DNA of 57,528 bases from a virus (IMGVR_UViG_3300027746_000023:1-57528), one strand, 5' to 3'; counted from the stretch's first letter, positions 25,555 through 36,007 are shown. Notes: generated by a model from the letters alone, not told the origin. Made by a program: numbers and translations.

Positions 25555-26031
25555 CTAGGCGAGGATGTCTACTTTTTCGGCCACGCGCCGGCGTAGGCTG
25601 GCGAGCATTTCGGACTCGGTCATGCCGGTGGCCCATGGCGGGCGGAATTGGTAATGGGGTTTATCGACGATCTTTTTCCAGCGGCCGCCCCACTCGAGGC
25701 CGAGGCTTTCGCCAAGGGGGCCGAGTTCGTCGTAGAGCGGGTGGTCTTCGAGGTAGGCTTTGCCTTTGAAGACGCCGATGTCGACGGATAGACCGAAATT
25801 ATGATTTGAGTGGCCGGCACGGGCGTGGGTGACGATGCGGCCTGGCGTGCTCCTGCCTTGCGCGTAGATGGCGTCTTGCTCCGCGTAGGAACGGAGCGCT
25901 GAGATGATGCGCACATCGAGGCCGCGCGGCTGGGCGAGGTTCTTTGCCGCGCTGATGAAAGTAGCGACGCGCTTCTGGATGTCGGGATGGAGCGTGGCGA
26001 GGTTGCGCTCGCTGCGGTCATCGAGGGTCAT
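25555..26031 (-). CDS. Endolysin, M15 peptidase family
   Basis: LRSYAEQDAIYAQGR, SNHNFGLSVD, LEWGGRW, DKPHYQ. Confidence 0.92.
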   Translation of the reverse strand: MTLDDRSERNLATLHPDIQKRVATFISAAKNLAQPRGLDVRIISALRSYAEQDAIYAQGRSTPGRIVTHARAGHSNHNFGLSVDIGVFKGKAYLEDHPLYDELGPLGESLGLEWGGRWKKIVDKPHYQFRPPWATGMTESEMLASLRRRVAEKVDILA

Positions 26032-26435
26032 TTGGCGTTGACTCCTTTGATTTTTTCGAGGGTTCGGAGGGTGCCGAGGCCGAGCATTCCTAGGAGGGTT
26101 GTCATGAGCATTTCGGTCGGGAGTTCGACAACTGGAGCGGGCTGTTTTGTGATCAAAACATAGGTCCACGAAAAGAGCGGTTGTCCGAAACAGATCCACG
26201 CAAAAGCGAACCCGCAGGCCCATCCCACGAAAGGACGCCACCCCGAAACAAAGAGGGATGGATGGTTGGCTTCGGCTGTATTTGTTGCGGATTGCTGGGT
26301 GGCTTCTTGGGCTGCTATTTCCAGCACGCGGAGTTGCCAGGCTTCTTGTGCCTTTCGCTTCGCTTCGGTATCGGGAACGACCTTATCGAGTATCTCGAGG
26401 CCGGTCTTGACCATTGCTGGTATGTCCCAAGTCAT
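26028..26435 (-). CDS. Holin (3TM, GTA-type)
   Basis: FVSGWRPFVGW, GMLGLGTLRTLEK. Confidence 0.85.
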   Translation of the reverse strand: MTWDIPAMVKTGLEILDKVVPDTEAKRKAQEAWQLRVLEIAAQEATQQSATNTAEANHPSLFVSGWRPFVGWACGFAFAWICFGQPLFSWTYVLITKQPAPVVELPTEMLMTTLLGMLGLGTLRTLEKIKGVNAK

Positions 26436-26689
26436 CGGCGCTCGATGGCTCTCAGCCTGCCTTCGTGGTCCGCGAGGAGAATGTCGTGGCGCTTGTCGGT
26501 TTCGGCGTTGGTCTCCATGCGAATCAAGACGGCCTCAATTTTTTCAACGCGCCCGCTGAGTTTTTCGGAGGCTGCTTCAAACTCACTGCGGGACACGAAT
26601 TGGCTTTGCAAAATTATTACCACAAGTATCCCGATGGGAGTGACCCACCGGGATGCAATGTCCAGAGTTTTGGTGACGCTCTCGCTCAT
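26432..26689 (-). CDS. Membrane-anchored coiled-coil lysis-associated protein
   Basis: One TM helix then coiled coil, next to holin. Confidence 0.6.
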   Translation of the reverse strand: MSESVTKTLDIASRWVTPIGILVVIILQSQFVSRSEFEAASEKLSGRVEKIEAVLIRMETNAETDKRHDILLADHEGRLRAIERR

Positions 26690-27873
26690 TAGCTGTTCGC
26701 TTGGGCGATGAGGTTGCCGACGATGGCCGTGGTGGCCACATTGGCGAGGCGCTCGGTGTTGAGGGCGTCGGTCTTGGCTTTGACCGAATCGATCTTCGAC
26801 GCTTCGCTTGCGGCCATGCGGCTACTCACGGAGGCATCCAACTTCGTGGAGTTTGCGTCGATCTCCTGCCTGATCTGAATGGCTGTTGGTCCGCTCGATG
26901 TGGTGAGCGTGCGGGATGCGTGGCTCCATATGTCGCTTGGCGTGACGGATGCGGGCGCGTTGGTCAGATTGGTGACGGTCGCAAGCGTGCCGGATGGCGC
27001 GAGGCGGCTGCTCACCGAGGCATCAATGCGCCCGAGTTCTGTTGCGAGTTCTGTTCGCACAGCTCCGGCCACTGTTGATGCGGATGGAGCCGAAGATGTC
27101 GGGATGCTGTCGATCTTGCCGCCGGTGCGCTCAAGGTCGCTGCGGATCGCGGCAACAATGGCGACTTGATCCACATTGCTGTTGCCAATCGCTCCGACGA
27201 TGGCGTTGAGCACGGCTTGGCCGTCACCTTCGTTGAGTATTGATGACTCAACTGCGGTTGCAATGGCAGTGCGCTCGGCGCTGGTGAGTGAGTAACCTGT
27301 TTTGTCTGCTGCTGCCCAAACGGCAGAGGCGATGGCTGAAGCGCTGGCTGGTGTTGGAATCGAAATCGCTGAAATCGCGGCTTCGACGAGGCTTTGGTCA
27401 GCAGGATCGCTCGGCAGGTTGTCGGTTTTGCTCTTGATGGCCGCGATATCGGAGTTTGCTGGTGCGGTGTAGGCGCTGCCTGCAAGGCGGGTGCTTGTGG
27501 CAACGTCCACGCGGGCCAATTCTGTGGCCAATTCCGTTCTCACTTGGCTGGCTATCTGGCTCGGCGTAGGCACGGTTGGCGCGTTGGTCAATGTCGTGAC
27601 CGTTGCCACGGTGTCGCTTGCAGGGTTAAAGGTGCTTGCTGGCACTTCGGCGGTGCCGCTCCAAACAATGCTGCCGCTGCCGACATTGGCTCCAGATGCG
27701 AGGAAGGCGACTTGGTATGTTCCGGCTGCGCCAGTCATGTTGCCGCTGTAAAAACCTGTCGAGCCTGTTTCCGGGCAGGAGATGGCGGAGCCGACGGCGG
27801 CTCCGGCTTGGTAGCGTTGGGCGGTGACGGTGAGGCCGGTGGTGGCGAGGGCGATGTTAAGTTCGTTTGGCAT
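26689..27873 (-). CDS. Repeat-rich virion/fibre protein
   Basis: Repeated VRTELATEL, TLTNAP and KAKTD motifs. Confidence 0.7.
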   Translation of the reverse strand: MPNELNIALATTGLTVTAQRYQAGAAVGSAISCPETGSTGFYSGNMTGAAGTYQVAFLASGANVGSGSIVWSGTAEVPASTFNPASDTVATVTTLTNAPTVPTPSQIASQVRTELATELARVDVATSTRLAGSAYTAPANSDIAAIKSKTDNLPSDPADQSLVEAAISAISIPTPASASAIASAVWAAADKTGYSLTSAERTAIATAVESSILNEGDGQAVLNAIVGAIGNSNVDQVAIVAAIRSDLERTGGKIDSIPTSSAPSASTVAGAVRTELATELGRIDASVSSRLAPSGTLATVTNLTNAPASVTPSDIWSHASRTLTTSSGPTAIQIRQEIDANSTKLDASVSSRMAASEASKIDSVKAKTDALNTERLANVATTAIVGNLIAQANS

Positions 27874-27888
27874 ATTAGTCGTGTTTGG

Positions 27889-28125
27889 TTAGTTGGCTGG
27901 AATCCACTGGCGCTCTACGCGGTCGGCAAACCAGACGAGGTTTGGTTCCCAGTTGCCGTTTTCGGGTTGCTCGATTTTGACGAGGGGGACGATCTGCGGA
28001 TCGACCCAATCTTCCGGGCAAGGATAGGGGCGAATGGTATCGATGCGTGGTTCGTCGTTTGCGTCCAGCACGATGCTGGCGAGTTCCTTGCGTCCGTCTG
28101 CAAATATAAGTCCGTATGTTCTCAT
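27889..28125 (-). CDS. Hypothetical fibre-associated protein
   Basis: 78 aa in fibre cluster. Confidence 0.55.
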   Translation of the reverse strand: MRTYGLIFADGRKELASIVLDANDEPRIDTIRPYPCPEDWVDPQIVPLVKIEQPENGNWEPNLVWFADRVERQWIPAN

Positions 28126-28139
28126 GGTGTGGTTTTTGG

Positions 28140-29225
28140 TTAGTTTCCGAAGGCGATTTCGACGGCATCGACCGAGGCCACCCAGCGCCAGATTGTGGAC
28201 GCTGTGCCGGTTACGCTGACGATGAGGGCGTCTGACGCATCGCTCGCGGAGAGCGCGATGGATGTTCCAGCGGCGTTGTCTGTGCCGATGGTGACTGGCG
28301 CGTAAACCTCGCTTGTGGTGGCTGCAACATTCTTGAGCGCATACTGCCGCATGTAATGCGCGACTGCTCCTCCGGTGCTACTAATGCCACAGATGTTGAT
28401 TGTCAGAGCCAGAACCTTGCCAGACGGGATCGTGAGGCGGGTGCTGCTTCCGTCCAAAAAAAGCTCGACTGCGGAGTTCGTAGTAGTTTTGCAGCGAAGG
28501 ACAAACCTTGCGCGTTGGGCGTCGCCGCGAACTGCGAATTGACCCGCTGCATGGGATTGCATAGAATACCTGTCAGACAACGCCCTATATCCACCTAAAA
28601 TTGATGAAAGATTTCCTGTCGCTCTGTTATCATCTCCACAACCTATAAAAACAAAATCGTTCGACGCTTGATTATCTCTTCCTCCAACTACTGCGCTTGC
28701 TAAATTTGCAGCAATATTTAAAACTCCACTTCCAACAAACCCATAATCGCTGGAGCAAGTGTTTCCAACTCCTCCAGCAGCGCTTCCACCACCACATATA
28801 ACGGAATTTGAACCTGAAGCTAATGATTTAAATCCTCCACCAATGAAAGAGTTCACTCCGCTTGCTGTATTTCGATACCCTCCACAAATTACCGAGTATT
28901 GATTGCTGGCTACTTCCGTTGCAAGCGTGCGTGAAAGTTGTAAATCAACTGCATTTGCTCCCCTCGCATTCCCGCCGCTTGCTGCGCCATTTGGCTTCGG
29001 CCCTGCAATCAGCGCACCCGTGCCTTTCGGCGTGAGGACGAGCGCGGAGTTGGCCTGTGCAGAGTGCTGGTTCGTTATGGCAACATTTGCTTGAGTGGTT
29101 GTGCTAGCGTCGTCGATTACAATGTCGGAGTTTTGCAGTATGGTCCCACCCGTGCCGTCGGCGCGGAGGATGGCGTTGTCAACTGAGCCTGCGGTGAGCG
29201 AGCGAGGGAGTGCGTTTGCGATCAT
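28140..29225 (-). CDS. Tail fibre/adhesin with beta-helix-like repeats
   Basis: GGNARGANAVDLQ; repeated SVICGGxxNTAS units. Confidence 0.75.
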   Translation of the reverse strand: MIANALPRSLTAGSVDNAILRADGTGGTILQNSDIVIDDASTTTQANVAITNQHSAQANSALVLTPKGTGALIAGPKPNGAASGGNARGANAVDLQLSRTLATEVASNQYSVICGGYRNTASGVNSFIGGGFKSLASGSNSVICGGGSAAGGVGNTCSSDYGFVGSGVLNIAANLASAVVGGRDNQASNDFVFIGCGDDNRATGNLSSILGGYRALSDRYSMQSHAAGQFAVRGDAQRARFVLRCKTTTNSAVELFLDGSSTRLTIPSGKVLALTINICGISSTGGAVAHYMRQYALKNVAATTSEVYAPVTIGTDNAAGTSIALSASDASDALIVSVTGTASTIWRWVASVDAVEIAFGN

Positions 29226-29228
29226 GTT

Positions 29229-29609
29229 TTAGCTGTATGAAAGGGTTTCTTTGGAAGACCACGCGCCGGTGGCGCTGGATTCGGATGATGTTGTGCCTGC
29301 TGAAGTGAAGATGGTTCGGACGATCTCCCATCCTTCGGCGTCATAGACGCTGCCGGTGTTGGGAAATTCTGAATACAGGAGAAAGCCGAGGAAGGTGGAG
29401 GTGCCGTCGGCGGATAGGTCGAAGGCCCAGACGCGATCGGGGGCGTCTTTGGCTCCCGCGAGTTTGTAGACTTCGCCAGTGCTGGGGTTGCGCGAATAGA
29501 GCCGCCTGTCTGTGTGGTTCACACAAATTTCTCCAAGTGCCAGGTCTGAAGAGGCAGGCACTTTCGACGCTACGCTCGAGGATTTGGGCTTGATGATGGG
29601 ATTTGGCAT
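29229..29609 (-). CDS. Tail fibre N-terminal-domain protein
   Basis: KVPASSDLALGEICVNHTDRRLYS. Confidence 0.65.
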   Translation of the reverse strand: MPNPIIKPKSSSVASKVPASSDLALGEICVNHTDRRLYSRNPSTGEVYKLAGAKDAPDRVWAFDLSADGTSTFLGFLLYSEFPNTGSVYDAEGWEIVRTIFTSAGTTSSESSATGAWSSKETLSYS

Positions 29610-29695
29610 TGGCCTTTTTTATTCAGCGGATTTTTTAAACTCCCCCCGCTTGGCGAGGCGCTATGTAGCGCCCCGCCGGGGAGTAGTTGCGGTGC

Positions 29696-30613
29696 TTAGT
29701 AGGTGCCGCCGTCGATGACTGTCTCGAGCACGGAGATACGGCTTTCGTGGTCGGCCACGTCGCTCTCGAGTTCGGTCAAGCGGCTGGAGCTGCTGACGTT
29801 CTCGAGAGTGGTGATGCGGTTCGACAACGATGTGTCGCTGGTCGCACGGGCGGATTCCTCGTTCGCCACACGGGTGGTCAGTGTGGTGGTGGCTGCGGCT
29901 CTGGCAGTCTGCTCGCCGCTGATAGCTGTCTGGCGGTTTGTGACTTCGGCGCTGATTGCAGAAGCATTGCTAACGATATCCGCCTCTGCGGCAGAAACTC
30001 GTGTTGTGAGCGAGGTGGCCGCTGAAACGACACCATCGATTCGAAGGCCCAAAGCTGTGTCGTTGGCCCCACGGGTGCTGATCTCGGAAGCGAGGGCGGC
30101 GTTGTTGGAGGTTACATAACCTGCGAAGGCTTGATCGTTCGTGGCGTCGACCGAATTGATGAGCGAGACGATTTCCGCGAAAGAATCGGAATTTGCCCCT
30201 GCGGCTGACAGGATGGCGTCCACACGATTTTTCTCAGTGGTGATCTTTGCGTCCAACGCATTGTCACCGGACACGCGTGAGGATGCCTCGGCTGAAACAG
30301 CGGCGGCGCGGTCGAGAAGCTCTTGAGCGAGGTTGGCTGCGATGACGCCTTCATCGGCGGTGGCCCGTGAAATTTCCGAATTCAGATTTGTGGTGAGTGT
30401 CGAATCCGCGCTGGAACGCAGGAGTGCCTCGGCTGCTACGGCGTCAGAAACGAAGGTCTTCTTAGCGAAGACATGCTCGCCGCCGATTGGCAGGACGCCT
30501 TCGGCTGTGCCGATGAAAAAGGATTTGTTTGTCGTGTCGAATGCAACTTCGCCGACTTGAAGCGAGACCGGCGTGCCGGAACCGCGTTTGATTTTGAGGA
30601 TGGGATTGGCCAT
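29696..30613 (-). CDS. Coiled-coil fibre protein with Mtd_N-like start
   Basis: LKIKRG..LQVGEVAFDT; ExxxRxxAD repeats; IDGGTY end. Confidence 0.7.
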   Translation of the reverse strand: MANPILKIKRGSGTPVSLQVGEVAFDTTNKSFFIGTAEGVLPIGGEHVFAKKTFVSDAVAAEALLRSSADSTLTTNLNSEISRATADEGVIAANLAQELLDRAAAVSAEASSRVSGDNALDAKITTEKNRVDAILSAAGANSDSFAEIVSLINSVDATNDQAFAGYVTSNNAALASEISTRGANDTALGLRIDGVVSAATSLTTRVSAAEADIVSNASAISAEVTNRQTAISGEQTARAAATTTLTTRVANEESARATSDTSLSNRITTLENVSSSSRLTELESDVADHESRISVLETVIDGGTY

Positions 30614-30659
30614 TTTGTTTTAGGTGTTGGTTGTTTGGGTTACTCTGGGTGGGAGATTG

Positions 30660-30896
30660 TCAAAAAGTTCCAGCATCGATGACCGGCAGGAGGAGTGCGT
30701 AACTGCTCGCGGCTTCGCTCCACCGCCAAGGGAGGCCCGTATCGAGCGCGACGTAGAGGCGCTTCGTGCGGCCGGTGCTGGGAAAGGCAGAGCGGTTTGG
30801 ATACTCGACGATGGCGTTCGTCTCTTCGGGCAGGACGAGCGTGAAGTTCGAGAGATCGAGCTGCTGGGAAATGTTGGATTCGGTGATCGTCGTCAT
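30660..30896 (-). CDS. Small virion protein
   Basis: FPSTG..LYVALDTG; IDAGTF end. Confidence 0.6.
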   Translation of the reverse strand: MTTITESNISQQLDLSNFTLVLPEETNAIVEYPNRSAFPSTGRTKRLYVALDTGLPWRWSEAASSYALLLPVIDAGTF

Positions 30897-32518
30897 GCGT
30901 AGGCCAATGTCTCCCGGTTGAGCCACGATCCGGTGGCGGTGGCGGTGGCGAGCACTCGCCCGGCGGCGTTGAGCGTGGTGCGGCGGATAGTCCAGCTTGT
31001 GGCGGTTTCTGGCAGAGCTGGCGCGGCGGGGCGGTTCGCGTTTAGCAGGCGCCCGCTGTAGGTGGTGAGGCCGTTGGCGCTTTGGTCGAAGGCGTAGATG
31101 TAGAGCGTGGGGTCGATCGGGCGCTCAACGGTGCGGAGGCCGAGGGCGGTGAAAACGATCTGCTGTCCGGCGGATGGATAGTCGTCGAAGATGATCTTGC
31201 CGGTGGCAAAGTTGACCATGTAGTCGGTGCCGGGCGACTGCGTGACGCCGTTCAGCGACACGAGGACATGCGATGGGTCTGCACTGGCGAGGCCGCTTAC
31301 GGAGTAAGTGTCCGTCAATCCGTCCGCGATGTGGGTGGTCGTGACGATCGAGATGCCGGGCGCGCTGGCGATGATGTAGTCTGAGAGTCCCGTGATCGCT
31401 GTCGCTGGGTGGGTGTGAGCGGATGGCGCAAAGGTTGCGGGTTTGCCTGTGAGGCTCGACCAATCAACAGGGGGTGAGACTTCCACGACGGCAGAGGCAA
31501 AGTCGGTGATGTCGCTTGCCGTGTGCGTGTGGATGGTGTCGGCTTTGGAAAGCTCAACCCAAAGTTTGAATGCTGGCGATGCGGCGGGATCGAATTCGGC
31601 CCAGTAGCTGGTTCCTGGAGGATAGCCGGGATTTGGTTCGCCAGTGCGGATGTAGAGTGCGCCGCTGTAGCTTACAACTTGTCCTGGGAAGTAGTCTGCC
31701 CCGTTGTTGTAGGATCCTCGGTAATCGACGGGCTGTGGCTGGAGAGCGGTGTCGGCCTTGGCACCTTGGGCGGCTGTGGCCTTGCCGTTGATCTGGGTGT
31801 GGAGGCTACCGATGCTGGCGGCGGCTTCGGCGATCGAATCGAGCGCGGCAGGGTCCAGATTTGCAGCGAGGAAATCGATGCGCTGGCCGAGCGCGGTGTC
31901 TGCGGTTGCAAGGAAGGCGAGGTCGGCATTCAGGCCGGTGATCTCGCTCTTAAGGTGCGTGTGGGCCGATGGCGCAAAAGTGGCAGGCTTGTTGAGCACG
32001 CTGGCCCATGTGGGAGGAGGAGCGAGCACTGCAATGGCTTGCGCGGTCCGCAGCGGGGTCATCCACTTTTCGTTCGAGGTGCCTGCGGTGGCTTCGGCCT
32101 GGGTGGCCTTGCCGTCTGGCACGGCTGCGGGCGTGCCTTCCGTGCCGAGGATGACCGAGTTCTGGATCTCGATGCCGAGGGTCGCCGTGCGGGTTGCCTC
32201 GCCTGTTCGCGTGTAGCGCACTTCGAGGAGGGCATCGGCGCTGGCGGTGCTGCCGGGGAAGAGGTCTTCGACCGGCTGCGTGTAGAGATCGAGCGTGCCG
32301 CTGTCGGCGATGGCGAGGAAATTGGCGTCTGAAAATTTGCTCTTCAGCGCAACGCGGATGCTGGCGCCTGATGGCGTGGCGACTGCGGCTCCGCGCTGCA
32401 CGAAGATGACCTCCACCGGCATGATGTCGCGGCGCTTCAACACCAGCGTCGGCAGCGCGGCACTGCTGGCTGCGCTCTTGACGAAACGCCGGGTCGAGAT
32501 GTCGATGAAAAGTTTCAT
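30893..32518 (-). CDS. Tail fibre protein
   Basis: KPATFAPSAHTH repeats, YRGSYNNGADYFPGQVVSY module, LNGVTQSPGTDY. Confidence 0.8.
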   Translation of the reverse strand: MKLFIDISTRRFVKSAASSAALPTLVLKRRDIMPVEVIFVQRGAAVATPSGASIRVALKSKFSDANFLAIADSGTLDLYTQPVEDLFPGSTASADALLEVRYTRTGEATRTATLGIEIQNSVILGTEGTPAAVPDGKATQAEATAGTSNEKWMTPLRTAQAIAVLAPPPTWASVLNKPATFAPSAHTHLKSEITGLNADLAFLATADTALGQRIDFLAANLDPAALDSIAEAAASIGSLHTQINGKATAAQGAKADTALQPQPVDYRGSYNNGADYFPGQVVSYSGALYIRTGEPNPGYPPGTSYWAEFDPAASPAFKLWVELSKADTIHTHTASDITDFASAVVEVSPPVDWSSLTGKPATFAPSAHTHPATAITGLSDYIIASAPGISIVTTTHIADGLTDTYSVSGLASADPSHVLVSLNGVTQSPGTDYMVNFATGKIIFDDYPSAGQQIVFTALGLRTVERPIDPTLYIYAFDQSANGLTTYSGRLLNANRPAAPALPETATSWTIRRTTLNAAGRVLATATATGSWLNRETLAYA

Positions 32519-32552
32519 GCCGCTGCCTGCGGCAGGGTGTCAAATCACCGCA

Positions 32553-33008
32553 TCAGGAGCGGGACGGAGCGGGAAGGACGGGCTCCCACTTGCCGAGTGG
32601 ACAGCGCTCGGTGGCCATGCGGAGCTTTGCCCAAGTTGAGCATTTGCAAATGCGACATCGTCCTGTTCCACCCATTGCGGCGGCGTCCCACTCTGGACAG
32701 GCGTGGCAGGTGGCTTCGCGGGCGGCGAGCATTTCTGGCGGTGTGGTAGGTAGGCCGGAGGCGGTCCAGTTGACTACAGATTGGCCAAAGCTGCTGAGCT
32801 GATCCAAGAATGTGTTTTTTTCTGCGGTCCACTTTGGCTCTGGCAGGGGGCAGCTTAAATCTGGCTTTGCAATTTGGTTTGCGGTTTTGCAGGTGACATA
32901 GTCTTTGCAGCTTTTGCACGCCTGCAATCGGATTTGCATAGTGGCGCTCGAGGTTATAGCTCCCATCCTGTCTTGGGGTTGAGTGGCACATTCATTTTTC
33001 TTGCCCAC
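32553..33008 (-). CDS. Cys-rich hypothetical protein
   Basis: CHACP, CRICKC, CPLGKW. Confidence 0.65.
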   Translation of the reverse strand: MGKKNECATQPQDRMGAITSSATMQIRLQACKSCKDYVTCKTANQIAKPDLSCPLPEPKWTAEKNTFLDQLSSFGQSVVNWTASGLPTTPPEMLAAREATCHACPEWDAAAMGGTGRCRICKCSTWAKLRMATERCPLGKWEPVLPAPSRS

Positions 33009-34741
33009 TGCACATCGACTCCCGAAAGGGTGAACAAATTGTGAGTCGCTTGGTCTTCCTCAAAGACCTTGTATTCGATGCGCGTATTGCTCGATGGAGC
33101 TGAGATGTCGGTTGTTTGTTCTTTGTAGGTTTCTCCAGCGGCAAAATCGAATTTGAACTTTTCCTGAACCACTGACATTTCTCCGGTGAGCGTATTTGTG
33201 GTTCGTTTTCTCACCACGGCATCAAAACTTTGAGCATCTGAAAAAGCGTAAGGAATACTCAGGCTCACAAACAATTCGGCTGATTTTGTTTTGGAGATAT
33301 ACAGGTCGTGTTCCGTTGCGCTGTTTTCAAAATAGCCAGCTGAGTAGGTGGATTCGGAAGCCAGATATTCGTTTAGTTCCGACTGTAGAGTCCCGCTTGT
33401 GACTTCGTCGCTTAGGTTGACTTCGATCTTATGCTCGACATCTTGCCCGCCACACTTGATGACGGATTTCCAGACTCGTTTGGTTTCAGTCTCTTCGACT
33501 AATGGCGGGAGATTCATTTCGCTGGCGTATACTTCCCATCGATCTGGGAATTGCCTAAAAATAGGATAATAGGTTGGGCAGAAAACATTTTCAATAAAAC
33601 CAAATCGCTCGCTTTGAATTGCTAACAGTTGCCAATAAAGCGGCGAGTTAGCCGTAAAGGTATTGCCGTAATTCCTCGGATCGATGTTCAGCTCTGGGCA
33701 CCCTGCAAATTGCCCGGTCACTTCGGCTTTTTTAAAAAAACGAGGCGCGTTCGAAGATTGTGTAAAAGCGGGAAAGCCAAATTTTGTGATGCTGGCCGAT
33801 TTGTAGGACAACCCCACTGTGGCTGAAGCGCGCGCTGGCAGGCCGACCACATCGACAACCGTGTCGATTTCAGCAGGCACATCGATGAAGTATGTTTCTG
33901 AGCGTCCGTAAAGGACAAGAAAACCTTCTTCTGGTTCTCCTTCAGGAAAAGTAATTGATTCTTCAAAATCCTCGTAGGTTGTTTCGGGCTCGCCTACAAT
34001 CGCGCATTCCTCACGAGTGAAAACTCTGGTGCGCTGCCGCCACTTTACGATTACCGGACCGTCATTAGAGCAGTAACCGATGGGCCGTTCTACGACGATT
34101 CGGTATTGCATTTTTTGAGCCGACGCAGAGGCTTTGTTCGCTGAACGATTAAAATTAAACCCCGCGTCGTGGCATTGGAGTTCGTAGGTGGCTTCGTAGC
34201 AATGTTGCCCTCCGGGTATGGGAGGATTTGGCGCAAGTCTTACATACTCTACCTTGCGATTTTCACCAAATTCGATGGATTCAAAATCGCATACAGTGCT
34301 TTGAATCCGGCTTTCTACTGTTGAAAGAAGCTGCGCGGGTGTGTGCTCGTTGCTGAGTTGAATTGTGAAAGTCCATGTGCCTCCCTGTGGCGGAGCTTTT
34401 GCCGTGTAAGTCTGAGATGTTGGAGTTGTGACTATATCAAAACCGCCAAAGTTTACTGGAAGCCAGGGAGAAATATCACCTTCCGCCTCGGCTCCATCGC
34501 CATAGACTACTTTTACGCAACCGCTCTGAGGGTCGGTCGTTACATTTGTGTTTGCACCCCCAGAAGAAGAACTAAATGTTTTATTAAGGTAAAATTTCGC
34601 CGCACATCCTGTGGGTTGAAATTCTTGAAACCCATACATAACCGCCTCGGCGGAGATTATTTTTGTTTCAACTTCAAAAGCAAACCCCGGACAGCATTCG
34701 GCGCACGGCAGCGTGCGGTCAGGATCGTTGCATTCCGGCAT
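32954..34741 (-). CDS. Large tail-tip-region protein
   Basis: 595 aa, Cys-rich N-terminus (CAECC), lower GC. Confidence 0.65.
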   Translation of the reverse strand: MPECNDPDRTLPCAECCPGFAFEVETKIISAEAVMYGFQEFQPTGCAAKFYLNKTFSSSSGGANTNVTTDPQSGCVKVVYGDGAEAEGDISPWLPVNFGGFDIVTTPTSQTYTAKAPPQGGTWTFTIQLSNEHTPAQLLSTVESRIQSTVCDFESIEFGENRKVEYVRLAPNPPIPGGQHCYEATYELQCHDAGFNFNRSANKASASAQKMQYRIVVERPIGYCSNDGPVIVKWRQRTRVFTREECAIVGEPETTYEDFEESITFPEGEPEEGFLVLYGRSETYFIDVPAEIDTVVDVVGLPARASATVGLSYKSASITKFGFPAFTQSSNAPRFFKKAEVTGQFAGCPELNIDPRNYGNTFTANSPLYWQLLAIQSERFGFIENVFCPTYYPIFRQFPDRWEVYASEMNLPPLVEETETKRVWKSVIKCGGQDVEHKIEVNLSDEVTSGTLQSELNEYLASESTYSAGYFENSATEHDLYISKTKSAELFVSLSIPYAFSDAQSFDAVVRKRTTNTLTGEMSVVQEKFKFDFAAGETYKEQTTDISAPSSNTRIEYKVFEEDQATHNLFTLSGVDVQWARKMNVPLNPKTGWEL

Positions 34742-34744
34742 TTT

Positions 34745-35359
34745 TTAAGACTCTGTGGATGGAGCAAACCACGCCCACTGGCGAGATTGACTGGTGCAGT
34801 TGTAAGCGCCCATGACCATTGCTCCTGAGACATAGCCTCGAATCACCTGAAAAATCTGCGTGATTGCGTCATCCACTACCACCACATTTCCAATCGTGAG
34901 ATAGACTTTTGCAGGTCGCAAACCTGTTTCTGCTGCGGGGGTCGTGCCTTTTTTCACCACATGAGAAACCACGCTGGCATAGCCGCCGTCTTCGGAATAG
35001 GTCAATGTCGCCTCGGCGTAAAAGTTGCAAGATTCAGAGCAAACAAACTCTTCGTTGAGGTTGCCTTGTATCCTATTATTGATAATTCCTTGCCGAACTT
35101 TTACTTTTAACTTCTGATCCTCTGGCGCGCTACCTGTGCCGAGATATGGGCTGTTGTAAATTTGCCACGGGAATATGTTTTCCACAGTGCCGCCGCCTGC
35201 CAAGCGCTGGGGCTTTAGCGAGACCACCGTGCCATTGACCGTCTCGGTGAGTTTGATGCCGACGCCTGGGAGGACTCGAGCGCGTCGCACCGAGTCCATG
35301 GCCAAGTTCAGGTCAGCGGCTGCAAGCGGCGCGCCTTTTTGGAAAGTGGGAATAACCAT
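34745..35359 (-). CDS. Tail-tip-region protein
   Basis: 204 aa, synteny. Confidence 0.6.
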   Translation of the reverse strand: MVIPTFQKGAPLAAADLNLAMDSVRRARVLPGVGIKLTETVNGTVVSLKPQRLAGGGTVENIFPWQIYNSPYLGTGSAPEDQKLKVKVRQGIINNRIQGNLNEEFVCSESCNFYAEATLTYSEDGGYASVVSHVVKKGTTPAAETGLRPAKVYLTIGNVVVVDDAITQIFQVIRGYVSGAMVMGAYNCTSQSRQWAWFAPSTES

Positions 35360-35362
35360 TGC

Positions 35363-36007
35363 CTAAGTGCCGTAGATGTCGGCATTCCACCCGCCGGGGC
35401 CGGAGGAGATGTATTCGCGTGAGACTTCCCAGTTGTTATCTGCATCTGGCGAGGCATCAATGCCGGTCAAGAGCCAGTTTGATCCATCGCTTAAACCTGG
35501 TGCTCGTGCCGGATCTGAAATTTTCCCAAGCTCAGTGATGGTCGGTTCGCTCGTGCTGGCGTCTACCAATCGCAACGTGAGGCGCGGCTGAAGGTAATCC
35601 GTGAAGCCTTTTAAATAGAGTTCGATAAATTTTTGAAAGCCGGTGCTGTAAGTCGTGAGGGTTTGTGTGGCGATGTCGGTGCCTTCTTTCTGCCACTTAT
35701 CCCATGTCTTCCACTCGGAGTCTGTGACGGCCCATTTTCCGTTAGCTTGAAAATAGGGATGAGTAGCCAGTGGCTCCTGGGAGGCCGTGCCGGTGAGGGA
35801 GTAGGTATCGCCGACCGTGCTATCCACGATGTCGTATTGCAAAGTGGCACGTCCATCGGCCAAAGATTTTCGGACATTACGAATACTGCTGCCGGACGGC
35901 TTTGCAATCGCGTCTTCGGTCGTTGCGCCGATTTCTTCCAGCGTCACGGTGGTAACGCCTCGGTTGCGATTGTTTACGGTTTTTTCGCGGCGGGTTTCGA
36001 CGGCCAT
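35363..36007 (-). CDS. Putative distal tail protein
   Basis: 214 aa directly after tape measure; EPLATHPYF. Confidence 0.6.
   Translation of the reverse strand: MAVETRREKTVNNRNRGVTTVTLEEIGATTEDAIAKPSGSSIRNVRKSLADGRATLQYDIVDSTVGDTYSLTGTASQEPLATHPYFQANGKWAVTDSEWKTWDKWQKEGTDIATQTLTTYSTGFQKFIELYLKGFTDYLQPRLTLRLVDASTSEPTITELGKISDPARAPGLSDGSNWLLTGIDASPDADNNWEVSREYISSGPGGWNADIYGT

Noticed and set aside
29638-29692. GC-rich hairpin between fibre genes as a novel RNA
   Set aside because: Single hairpin, adequately explained as a terminator or mRNA stabiliser.
29229-30613. Diversity-generating retroelement suggested by Mtd_N-like domains
   Set aside because: No reverse transcriptase and no template/variable repeat pair seen.
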